A stretch of DNA of 64,000 bases from Paramoeba atlantica (lineage: Eukaryota > Protista > Discosea): positions 84,728-148,727 of the forward strand of contig CDRNVI010000088.1 of the NCBI GenBank assembly GCA_977017575.1, given 5' to 3'. A program made the translations under genes and the position numbers. The notes beneath the pieces are model-generated. The model had not been told where the DNA came from. It ran no database searches and saw nothing but the letters and a program-made list of their open reading frames with translations. Positions 9,800 to 18,821 of this stretch are shown in pieces. Every line of letters begins with the position of its first letter. Position 1 is the stretch's first letter.

Positions 9800-11305
9800 C
9801 TATCTGGAATTTCCGGGAATGGCTGGCACTCGGGAGTAGGATGAGACACCACCTTGGCCCGAACCATGGGAGGAATACACAACAGAAGATTTGCTTGTCA
9901 CTGAACCGTGAGATACCCACTGAGCGTGTGATACGGAGGAGAGTGACATCTTACCTGAGAGGGAAGTGTCCACTGTGGTGCAACCGTGCTGTGCAGTTGT
10001 CGTTCCGGAAACGCCATGTTTACTCTCCTGCACAGTACACTGGGCTTGTGTGTCACTAGCCCGGACCACCGTTTCTAACTGAGTCCGAGCGTGCGCAAAC
10101 CGCTGCGCCGCTTCTGCCAGAAATGGATGACGCAACGCCTCGGTGGGAGTAATGCGCCGTGCGGGGTCGTACATCATGCAACGGCGAATGAGATCAAACA
10201 AGACGGCAGAATTGGGTACGCGTGTGTAGAGCATGTCACATAAAGGACGCTGACGAGCAACACGCTCAAGTGACCTTTCGTATTCCCTTCGTTCCGTGGG
10301 GGAGGCACGCGAGCTGAGTGTGGGAGGCCAAACTAGTTTCCCTTTGCCCGTGAACCAGTGGTAATGCTCGTCTCGAAAAAGTTTTTCCCATTTGTGAAAC
10401 GGGAAATTTTCACATCCTAGCTGTGCTTGCATCATGGCAAGATGCTCACGATTTTCGTGGGTGTCATACAGCAGACGTCCGGTGACTAACTCATATAAAA
10501 TACAACCCACACTCCATATGTCCGACGGACACCTCCATCCAGTTTCAAGGATGACTTCTGGAGCGCGATAATGTCTTGTTTGGATGGTAGAGTGCCTTCC
10601 CTCTGGCTTGTTGTCATCCTGGCAACCACCGAAGTCACAGACACGAATCAGAAATAATCCAGACTGATCAATACGGTTACCCAACCCGTTCCGACTCTCT
10701 CGTGCGGCCTCTTGTGCAGTTGTCTTGTCTTCATACCGGTCCATCAAAACGTTTTCTGGTTTTAAATCGGTGTGAACGACATGAGCTTTGGTGTGAAGGA
10801 ATTCCAAATGTTCGAAAAGCTGAAAAGCAACTTCGGCACACGTGCTTATCGAAAGTGGCTTTTCTTGTATCATCTCAAGAAGGCTGGGCCCATGGCGAGT
10901 CATCACCATGCAGACGTGTCCCGCTCGATTTTGAAATGAGGAAAGTAAACGCACCATGTGATATCGGTCATACGGATCGTTTCGGATGAGTCGTTTCATA
11001 TAAGTAATTTCATACCCCGCGTCATTGGCATATCTTTCAAGATTGCGCACAATCTTCATTGCACTGAATCGTCGAAGAGTGCGATCCCATGCGAGGATGA
11101 CTTTACCAAAAGTGCCTTCTCCGAGATAAGATATAATTTTGTACCTCCCGTGATCGTCCGCATCTAGGCCCAGTACCACGTGATAGTGGCCCTCTTCCGC
11201 GGATTGCTGTGGAACTTCATACGTTACTTTAGCTTTCTTTGAGTCGCTTGATTCATCGTCTCGATACCGCTTTTTGTGAACCAGGTAGTCCGTCCCGGAA
11301 GACAT
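9800..11305 (-). CDS. CLK1: CLK/LAMMER dual-specificity kinase (kinetoplastid CLK1/KKT10-like)
   Basis: LGEGTFGKV, HTDLKPEN, VCDFG, IQTRHYRAPE, EHLAMM signature. First ATG at 11305. Confidence 0.9.
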   Translation of the reverse strand: MSSGTDYLVHKKRYRDDESSDSKKAKVTYEVPQQSAEEGHYHVVLGLDADDHGRYKIISYLGEGTFGKVILAWDRTLRRFSAMKIVRNLERYANDAGYEITYMKRLIRNDPYDRYHMVRLLSSFQNRAGHVCMVMTRHGPSLLEMIQEKPLSISTCAEVAFQLFEHLEFLHTKAHVVHTDLKPENVLMDRYEDKTTAQEAARESRNGLGNRIDQSGLFLIRVCDFGGCQDDNKPEGRHSTIQTRHYRAPEVILETGWRCPSDIWSVGCILYELVTGRLLYDTHENREHLAMMQAQLGCENFPFHKWEKLFRDEHYHWFTGKGKLVWPPTLSSRASPTERREYERSLERVARQRPLCDMLYTRVPNSAVLFDLIRRCMMYDPARRITPTEALRHPFLAEAAQRFAHARTQLETVVRASDTQAQCTVQESKHGVSGTTTAQHGCTTVDTSLSGKMSLSSVSHAQWVSHGSVTSKSSVVYSSHGSGQGGVSSYSRVPAIPGNSR

Positions 11306-11557
11306 TACCAACGCTTACAACGCACTTCGAATCGTATTAAAAAGAAAGAAATGATTAATGTAAAATTTAGAAGCATCTACAAACGTGTTCTAGGGGCCAA
11401 GCTGCTTCGAAGGGTCTTTGGATTAATATATTGCGCCAAACACAGAACGAAAGATTAATAGGCCTGGGTATGATAGGTGAGCTAGAGTAATTAAACTAAG
11501 TGTGAAGATGTCCGGGAATAGGATTCCCGGACTTTGAACATACTCCTCTAAATATTT

Positions 11558-12019
11558 TTACCATTTTCTCTTTACCAGACGGTTGATGCATTCTTTAAAG
11601 TATATTACGTAATTCTTTTTAACTAATTCCCATGTTGAAGTCGACCCAAAAAAGTTGTCTGGATGCTTCTGCTGCGGAAAACGACGCAGCGCACAATCCT
11701 GACTGAGCTCTCGCAGCATGGTTAGTGAGCGCTCAGCTTCGTGAAGAAGAACCTGAATCCTGTCCGGATCTTTTATCTCCATGCCTTCCCGAAATCTTTG
11801 CCTAATAATAACCAGTGCTCTTTCATTCATTTGGGTGTGTTCGTTAACATCCACTAAATTGCTGTGAGGAAACAATAAAGCAAGCTTAAGCCACTGACGA
11901 TAAAGGCGAACGACACGATGTGCATGCGGGAGGACGGGTAGTGCAGTGCTACTGGAGTGCACTAGCAAATCACGGGCCGTTTCTGGCACGGCTATGTGTA
12001 GGCGTCTTGATATTCTCAT
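11558..12019 (-). CDS. Mitochondrial LYR-motif protein
   Basis: RVVRLYRQWLKLA...IRQRFREGMEIKDPDRIQVLLHEAE (LYR + RxxF pattern); presequence-like N-terminus. Confidence 0.8.
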   Translation of the reverse strand: MRISRRLHIAVPETARDLLVHSSSTALPVLPHAHRVVRLYRQWLKLALLFPHSNLVDVNEHTQMNERALVIIRQRFREGMEIKDPDRIQVLLHEAERSLTMLRELSQDCALRRFPQQKHPDNFFGSTSTWELVKKNYVIYFKECINRLVKRKW

Positions 12020-12218
12020 TCTTAAAGTAAAAAGTAGTACGAAAGAAAGAGCCGCGGAGCAAAATTACAAATAAAATACTATGAAAGACATTATGAAACA
12101 GCACTCGTGATGAAAAGAATGCGGAAAACTAGATTAACTGAAAGCTTGCTTGTCGATATTATCCAAAAACAGTAGAAAAACCGACATGAAAGTTTCGTAC
12201 TGATTAAGAGCATCCTTC

Positions 12219-12848
12219 TTACACCATCGGTTTTTTGGGTTTAAAATCTTCAACCATGCTTCGGGTACGTGTCGGTGAGCGTGGCAACATCGATTCACGT
12301 GTCAAATACTGCTTTCGGCGATCCAAGGAAAAAGGCATTGGTTTCATTCGTAAGTCGTTCACCTCATCCATGTCAATTGCTACGGCTTTAGCAGGAGGCG
12401 CTGCACCGGATTCGTCCTCATCCTCCAAAAAGAGTGGAATCTGTGGATCCCAATCCCGACTAGTTTCGGTTCCCGGAATTTTCGGCATGCGATCCTCAGC
12501 AAGCCTTTGCTCCACAGCTGCTCCGGATCGTATAATTTGAAATAGTAATTTATTTTTAAAGTAGCGAAAGTGATAATTTGCTATTGTAGTCGTTCCCGGA
12601 CAGCCATCCGCGTAGTCCCAGTCCGGAATTTCATGCAATAACCCTTGAATGAGACGAGAGTTTCCGAACCCATGAAAGCGTTCCCACTCCCGCCGTGTTT
12701 TTCGCATGCGCTCATTAACTCTTCTAAGAGGATGTCCAGGATGTACAGTGGGGTAAGTGGGAATCTTCTTCGACCAGAAGGTACTCCAGTGTGGCCGATT
12801 CCCAATAGGATACGCCTCCGATGTCTGAAGAAAGCGTGTAGCGCGCAT
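12219..12848 (-). CDS. Mitochondrial ribosomal protein mL52-like
   Basis: LHEIPDWDYADGCPG matches the mL52 motif (LPDWSYADGRP); presequence-like N-terminus. Confidence 0.7.
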   Translation of the reverse strand: MRATRFLQTSEAYPIGNRPHWSTFWSKKIPTYPTVHPGHPLRRVNERMRKTRREWERFHGFGNSRLIQGLLHEIPDWDYADGCPGTTTIANYHFRYFKNKLLFQIIRSGAAVEQRLAEDRMPKIPGTETSRDWDPQIPLFLEDEDESGAAPPAKAVAIDMDEVNDLRMKPMPFSLDRRKQYLTRESMLPRSPTRTRSMVEDFKPKKPMV

Positions 12849-12993
12849 TTCGAAGTCAAATTTAAATGTAAGGTAGTGACGTTAATCTTATAAGACTAGC
12901 TTTTGTTTCGAAAACTGAAGAAATACTACTGGTTTTGGAGTTTTGTTTGTACTGTATTTGCAATTCGTGAAAGACTAAAAATTCCTCTCATTA

Positions 12994-13500
12994 TAGACTT
13001 CAGAACATTTTAGACTCTGGTAGTTATTCATGTACGCTCATCCACCTTAAGTGCTTAAGGTTGAGCGTTTTTGAACCAAAAGTTGCTCATTTTAGAGTGA
13101 AAAAAATGAGGTTTCGGGAGTGTGCAGACGCTTGGTAATATTTGCACGTCCCTAGGGTTGAACTAGTAAAATATTTTGTGTGCACCGCCCCTCATTGGTC
13201 TTAATGATTTCCTAGGGCTAAATCAGTTAAATATTTTGTCATTAAGGATCAATAGCATTCTCTGTGAGAGAAAAACTGTTGATCTCAGGTGGCATTTTGG
13301 AAAGCATCATGCATAAAAGAATGGAGTTTACAAATATTTAAATTGTATTACATTTGTACTCTATTGAGCTGGTAGGTCTTTCGTTTTTCGAATATCTTGA
13401 ATAAAGATTTGATAGAAAGAGCGAAATCGTCAATTTTACCCTCAAAATGATTGTCCGTAAACCAAATATCCGTAAAGTTATTTATTGCTGTAAATAAACC
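12994..13500. repeat. Dispersed direct repeat, copy 1 (probable DNA-transposon end)
   Basis: About 330 bp near-identical to 14244 onwards (offset 1250), then about 170 bp of diverged homology. Confidence 0.9.
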
Positions 13501-13577
13501 GTTACTTTATGTGTTGTGGTCAAGGCGTCCCAACTTCGCTGTTTCCAGTCTAAGTACCTGCTCAGCGAACCGCTTGA

Positions 13578-13735
13578 AATGAAGTGCTCTTGGCCGATCT
13601 AGGGTACATACAGTACCTAGGTTGTGCGCACTGCCTCGTACCCTATAAAAAATGGTCATGATCTCACTGCAGATGAAAAGCGATTGAATGAAAGGATTTC
13701 CTTGATCTCGCTCTCGAATTCAGTGACATTTCCTG
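13578..13735 (+). pseudogene. PIF/Harbinger-IS5 family DDE transposase relic
   Basis: NEVLLADLGYIQYLGCAHCLVPYK, then after a +1 shift NGHDLTADEKRLNERIS. This matches the ADxGY...PYK...LTxxEKxxNxRIS segment of this family. Stops upstream. Confidence 0.7.
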
Positions 13736-14243
13736 AGACCGCGCCGAATCCCCACCCGCAGCCCTTCAAATAATGAAATCGAAAATTGTGGCGACGCCTC
13801 GAGCCTACTTTGCCATTTTGGGGTTTTTATGTTTTGCTTTTGCTATCAATGATTCGGACAAGGCTTCGCTAGTTAGAGGTTCGAAATTTCAAGGCAAGTT
13901 GGGTCTCATTTTAGATTGGGACGAAGAGTACGCCTAATTTGCGCCGCAAAATGATTTTCTATCAGGCCTGATCAAATGTGTGGTCGCATCAAATGTGCCC
14001 GGAATCATCCCAAAAAGTACGTAAGACTACTTGGGGAGAAAGTGGTGGAAATAACCGTCGACGTCAGGCCTCTTCGATGGGCTCTTCGGGGTTTAAAGGA
14101 TTTTGAAATATTTGGGCGTTCGGTGACTTTTCAGACAAAGTCACCGTGAGGAATGATGCATCATTCGGAGCACGGAGTATTGATATCGCTTTGGATGAAA
14201 TTATTGTGTTTGAGAGGGCGATATTAGTTGTTTCGAGCTATTG

Positions 14244-14774
14244 TAGACTTCAGAACATTTTAGACTCTGGTAGTTATTCATGTACGCTCATCCACCTTAA
14301 GTGCTTAAGGTTGAGCGTTTTTGAACCAAAAGTTGCTCATTTTAGAGTGAAAAAAATGAGGTTTCGGGAGTGTGCAGACGCTTGGTAATATTTGCACGTC
14401 CCTAGGGTTGAACTAGTAAAATATTTTGTGTGCACTGCCCCTCATTGGTCTTAATGATTTCCTAGGGCTAAATCAGTTAAATATTTTGTCATTAAGGATC
14501 AATAGCATTCTCTGTGAGAGAAAAACTGTTGATCTCAGGTGGCATTTTGGAAAGCATCATGCATAAAAGAATGGAATTCACCAATATTTTACGTTGTACA
14601 TGTGTTACATTTGTACTCCATTGAGCTAGCAGGTATTCCGTTTTTCGAATATCTTTAACAAAGTTTTAATATAAAGAGTGAAATCGTCAATTTTACGCTC
14701 AACCTTCGGTCCGTAAATCAAATATCCGTATAAACGAAATATCCGTAAATTGATTTATTGCCGTAAACAGACCC
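14244..14774. repeat. Dispersed direct repeat, copy 2, ending in a PIF/Tourist-like terminus
   Basis: Second copy of 12994-13500. Reiterated tccgtaaa motifs lead to ...ccgtaaacagaccc (reverse complement GGGTCTGTTTACGG). Confidence 0.8.
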
Positions 14775-15119
14775 TTGCTTCATCAGGGTATTATATCCTG
14801 ATATAAGATATATCAGATATAGAGAGCATTTCTATATCATATAGAGAGCAAGGGGATGTCAAAAAGTTGTATTATGTGAGATGTCCGCACAGCTTTTTCT
14901 TGGTGTATGGGACATAATTTTTAGTTTTTTCCGCATGACCACCGGAGCATCAGGGGGTCGCTATGAACGATAGACGGCAACAAAAACTCTTCGTTAGGGA
15001 AACGAGATCTCACTAATCCTGCCAAAAAAGTCAGAAACGGATAAAAATAATTGTTGGGGATTCTTCTGAGATGGTTTGTGTGGTGTTGAAAGAATTATCG
15101 AAGCATCCTCGAATATTGT

Positions 15120-15851
15120 TCATACTTGAGAGGGTACGCGGCAACCCGGGTGTAATGATTCAGAGATAGGAAAAGTGGGCAAATGTGCTCCTAAGAAATA
15201 TTCAATAATCACGATTTGCGGTGGGTCGGTACAGTGTGAAAATTCTTGATTAGGTACTTGTGTACGTGTCTCCGCCATACTGCCTGTAGCAGTATCACGT
15301 ACTCGTTGCCTAGGGGAAATCTGTTCTTCTTGCATTGACAATTCTTCGAAGTAATTTAGATGAAACTCTCGCCTACGAAGTATCGAGTCACAAGATAGAC
15401 AAGCGTATTTTGTGCTCAACAAGTTAGATTTTGGACTCCCATCAGGATGAGTGCCGTATAAAATAGTTTGACCAATAGGTCGTGATCCCAATGTACGTAG
15501 TAAGCTGCCTTTGTAACTGTCGTAAAAGGAGCGAGGTACAACTACCCACCCGGGAACGACGTCTTGGAATGTATCATTCCCCTGGTTGTTTTTCCTTCTT
15601 GTGTGAGATATGTGGCGAATAAAAAACTCAGAAGTTAAAATTTCGTGTCGTAGTACAAAGTGGTAGCAAGATGACCCCATTGATTGCTCAAGAAGGGCAG
15701 TTAAATTTCCGTCGTATTTAGCCCAGCAGAATAAATTGTCCATTGCTTTAACATTCCACGAATGTAGGATGCAATCTTCTAGAGATACATACCACGGACT
15801 TACATCGTATGCCATTGTACTTATTTCTTCATCTGTGAATTTATTAAGCAT
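15120..15851 (-). CDS. Chorismate pyruvate-lyase (UbiC)-like protein
   Basis: Six colinear blocks match UbiC: CWAKYDGNLTALLEQ, FIRHI, GWVVVPRS, LRTLGSRPIGQTILY, LRRREFHL, IVIIEYFLGA. Confidence 0.65.
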   Translation of the reverse strand: MLNKFTDEEISTMAYDVSPWYVSLEDCILHSWNVKAMDNLFCWAKYDGNLTALLEQSMGSSCYHFVLRHEILTSEFFIRHISHTRRKNNQGNDTFQDVVPGWVVVPRSFYDSYKGSLLRTLGSRPIGQTILYGTHPDGSPKSNLLSTKYACLSCDSILRRREFHLNYFEELSMQEEQISPRQRVRDTATGSMAETRTQVPNQEFSHCTDPPQIVIIEYFLGAHLPTFPISESLHPGCRVPSQV

Positions 15852-16143
15852 TTCGAGGGCTTCTTACTCACACCAATAAGGGATAACACGCTTTTGCGTC
15901 ACGCAACCCAATCAAAGGTTAAGTTCTGAAACACATAATGAATTGCACATATTTACGATAAAATGTCTTCTTATACAGTAATTGTGACATGAGCAAAGAG
16001 ACTTGCACAGATACGCAAAAGAAAAGACCATACAAAATAGGATGAATGATCTAAGGTACGACGAAAAGTACAACGTGTTTTTCGCGGAAGTTTTGTTGAT
16101 CCGTCATTCCACACAATACCTCACCCTAACCCTAAAAACAAGA

Positions 16144-16911
16144 TCAGACAATTTTTTGTAATTCATGAGCAACTTTAAGATAGTCCCGCCCCATTTGCAC
16201 AAAATTAATCTCTCCGCTCAACACTTTCTTTGGCAAGCTCTCCCCGTTTTCTTGCGCCTCCGCGGACACCCCCTCCTTATCCGTACCCGACGCCGGGAGC
16301 CCATCCCCCTTGCATCCCCCTCTCCACGCCTCTCGAAGATACCCCTCCACCTCCCGAGCCGCGGCCTCACACAACATGTGCAGGAAGGGCTCATAATCGG
16401 AGGTCGGCACGACGTGCTGGGCGAGCCGCAGCTTATTGTAGCTCCCCTCCGCAAGGAAACGCTCGAGCTCGATAATCGGCTGCACGTACGGGGTGGCCAA
16501 CCCCGCGCGAGGGAGAGACTCCAGCGCGGTGTGAAACGCCACCGCGTCCCGACCCACCAGCAGCGCCGTGAGATAGAGCCCATGGAGGAGATGCTCCCGG
16601 GCGGAGGGGTAGGCGGCGGTCCCCGGAAAATCCGTATAGTACGAGGTGAGCTGCAGGTAGCCCTGTGTAAACCCCTGGACGTCCCCCGTGCGTGCGTGAC
16701 ACAGGCAGACGTACTCCATGGCCTCGCGGACCAGGAGGGTTTCCTGCAACGCGGTGTCGTGTGTGGCGTCGGGGGAAAAGTAGGAAGGAAAGGTGAGGAA
16801 CTCTACCCGGGCGTGCTGAAGGTGTTGCAGACTCTCGGGGTAGAGTTGGGTATCGTATGCGGTTTTGGCGGATTGTAGGCTCTGGTAGGCTTTGTGGAAG
16901 GCCTCGGTCAT
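16144..16911 (-). CDS. RPN12: 26S proteasome lid subunit Rpn12/PSMD8
   Basis: LQLTSYYTDF, LLHGLYLTALL, AFHTALESLP, IELERFLAEGSYNKL. Confidence 0.88.
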   Translation of the reverse strand: MTEAFHKAYQSLQSAKTAYDTQLYPESLQHLQHARVEFLTFPSYFSPDATHDTALQETLLVREAMEYVCLCHARTGDVQGFTQGYLQLTSYYTDFPGTAAYPSAREHLLHGLYLTALLVGRDAVAFHTALESLPRAGLATPYVQPIIELERFLAEGSYNKLRLAQHVVPTSDYEPFLHMLCEAAAREVEGYLREAWRGGCKGDGLPASGTDKEGVSAEAQENGESLPKKVLSGEINFVQMGRDYLKVAHELQKIV

Positions 16912-17069
16912 GGGGAATGGAGTTAATGAAGCAAAAAAAGGAAAGGGGAAGTGTATTAAAGTGCAAAAAAGTTGTAGGTTTTAGTGAGGTAACAAAGTTG
17001 TGAGAAACTCGGCTAAAGTATATCGTCGAACATGTATTAGAATCGCGAAAAAAATTAAGATAACTAAAA

Positions 17070-18821
17070 TTATCCCCTTTTCACAAGTTTCTTTTTCGAA
17101 TGCCTCGTACGCTTTGTCAAGTTTGTTCTCCTTTCTTTGGATTTAGTTTTCCTTTTTACGTTTTTTTCTGTCTTCAATTCGGACGAAAGTAAAGCCGTTG
17201 GGCAGTCCAGCTTGGAACCAAGACTAAGATTCTTGGTCTCATCGTTGTACCCTAAGAGACCAGCAAGAGAAACATGCGTCTTAAACCTCTTACGCTGCTC
17301 ACGAGGCAGCATTTGGTTAATCGTGGGATAAAACGAGGCGGGGAGAAACAATGTGGAGGGTCCCGCACCCAGCATCTTCGCCCTCAAATTCCGCAACGCC
17401 ATCGCACTATCACGCATCCTCACCGACCACCACGACAGCAACTCTGGATTCTTCCGCGTAAGATTCCCCAGGCTCCGCAACCGACATATAATCGCCGTTA
17501 AATGAAACGGCGCCTCCGGACCCAACCAGTGCGACTGCACCGCCTCCAGGGGGGTATAATGCGGAAACCTCCGACCCTCCGCCCCCAACCACCCCCGCAC
17601 CGCGTGGGAGAGCCCCACATCCTCCCCTTCCGAGACCACCGCGTTGGCGGTCACCCGGCTGGGGCGGTAGAACTCGCCCAGCGGTCGCACCAGGAGACGT
17701 TCGAGGGCGCGGTTCACGACGCAGCACAGGGCGTGGGAGGAGAGCGTGAGGTGGTACGTCCCCGGGGGGTCGGGGGGGTCGCGGTACTCCGGGTCCATCA
17801 GAGCGGGGTGGAAGCCCCAGACCATGGCGTCTCCGAACACGCCGGGGGGGCGTGCGGGGGGGACGGGGGGCTCCGTTGTACCGCAGGGGTCGTGCCGGTG
17901 GTGAGTGGGGGTGGGGGATGGAGGGGAGGGGGGAGACGGGGAAGAAGAGGAGTCCCGGAGTGGGGTTGAGGATGGGGTGGCGGGGGGTGATAGTGCGGGA
18001 GGAGTGTTTGGGAGAGGGGGTTGTTGTGAGGCTCCACTCCATGGTTCTCGTCGGCTGGCGGTAATTTGCTGAGCGATGACTTGGGCCTCGAGTGCTCGCT
18101 GTGCTCGTTCATACATGTTGTATCGCACCTCCGGACGGAATGCCAGGGTCACGTCTGAGGTGTATCGAGAGGTTTTGCGGAGGTTCAGTTCGCGGTACTC
18201 CCCTTTTCCGTTGTCAAAGCGAATGGTGCGGTGAACTTCCGGGCGGCTCAGACAGGTCCCAATCGCGGCAAGCAAGTCCGTGAGACCTTCGCTCTCGGAG
18301 GCGTCGTTATCCGCATGGAAGATCAGAGTGCGCGTACGTTGCCGACGATTTAGATACCAAAACGAGACTCGGTAGATTTCCTCCGGGCGGTGCTTGTCAA
18401 GATCTATTTTCATCTCCAAGCATTCGACCTCATGACCAAGTTGCGCCCACGTAAGGTGTCGAGGGGTCTTCGTGAACTCGTATTTAAACATGAGCTTGTT
18501 GCGCCAGGATTCCTCGTCCTCAACATCCAACAGAGCATCCTGATCCGTGTTCATCTTTTCGATTGAAGTAATGTCATCGAGCTTCGCAAAGGAGGCATTG
18601 GTAGTCCCAGTGGTATATATCTCAGAAGTTAAAGAACTCTCGTATTCCCGAACTTGATCGCAGTCTGAATGAGAACTTTGAAGCTGTTTTGAGCCCAGGC
18701 ATACCGTGGAGAATCGAAAACAAGTAGCGAAACACTTAATTGCAGACCAATGAAGATTTAATGGTTTTCGATTGGCAGGTCTTCCCAAGCTAAAAGATAC
18801 CCATTTTTTACGGAGGAACAT
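17070..18821 (-). CDS. Hypothetical protein with a probable mitochondrial presequence and a central Pro-rich linker
   Basis: 583-codon ORF on the cluster strand; Arg/Phe/Ser-rich N-terminus; two globular-looking regions either side of a PPxP-rich stretch; basic tail. Confidence 0.7.
   Translation of the reverse strand: MFLRKKWVSFSLGRPANRKPLNLHWSAIKCFATCFRFSTVCLGSKQLQSSHSDCDQVREYESSLTSEIYTTGTTNASFAKLDDITSIEKMNTDQDALLDVEDEESWRNKLMFKYEFTKTPRHLTWAQLGHEVECLEMKIDLDKHRPEEIYRVSFWYLNRRQRTRTLIFHADNDASESEGLTDLLAAIGTCLSRPEVHRTIRFDNGKGEYRELNLRKTSRYTSDVTLAFRPEVRYNMYERAQRALEAQVIAQQITASRREPWSGASQQPPLPNTPPALSPPATPSSTPLRDSSSSPSPPSPPSPTPTHHRHDPCGTTEPPVPPARPPGVFGDAMVWGFHPALMDPEYRDPPDPPGTYHLTLSSHALCCVVNRALERLLVRPLGEFYRPSRVTANAVVSEGEDVGLSHAVRGWLGAEGRRFPHYTPLEAVQSHWLGPEAPFHLTAIICRLRSLGNLTRKNPELLSWWSVRMRDSAMALRNLRAKMLGAGPSTLFLPASFYPTINQMLPREQRKRFKTHVSLAGLLGYNDETKNLSLGSKLDCPTALLSSELKTEKNVKRKTKSKERRTNLTKRTRHSKKKLVKRG

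Noticed and set aside
16124-16135. Telomeric repeat (CCCTAA)2
   Set aside because: Only two units in an internal spacer, compatible with chance; no subtelomeric context.
16165-18283. Long + strand ORFs (237, 155 and 121 aa, among others) opposite RPN12 and the 583-aa gene
   Set aside because: Antisense shadows in GC-rich DNA with low-complexity translations. The same applies to the overlapping ORFs at 4526-5386, 7622-8453, 30334-31020 and 32693-34357.
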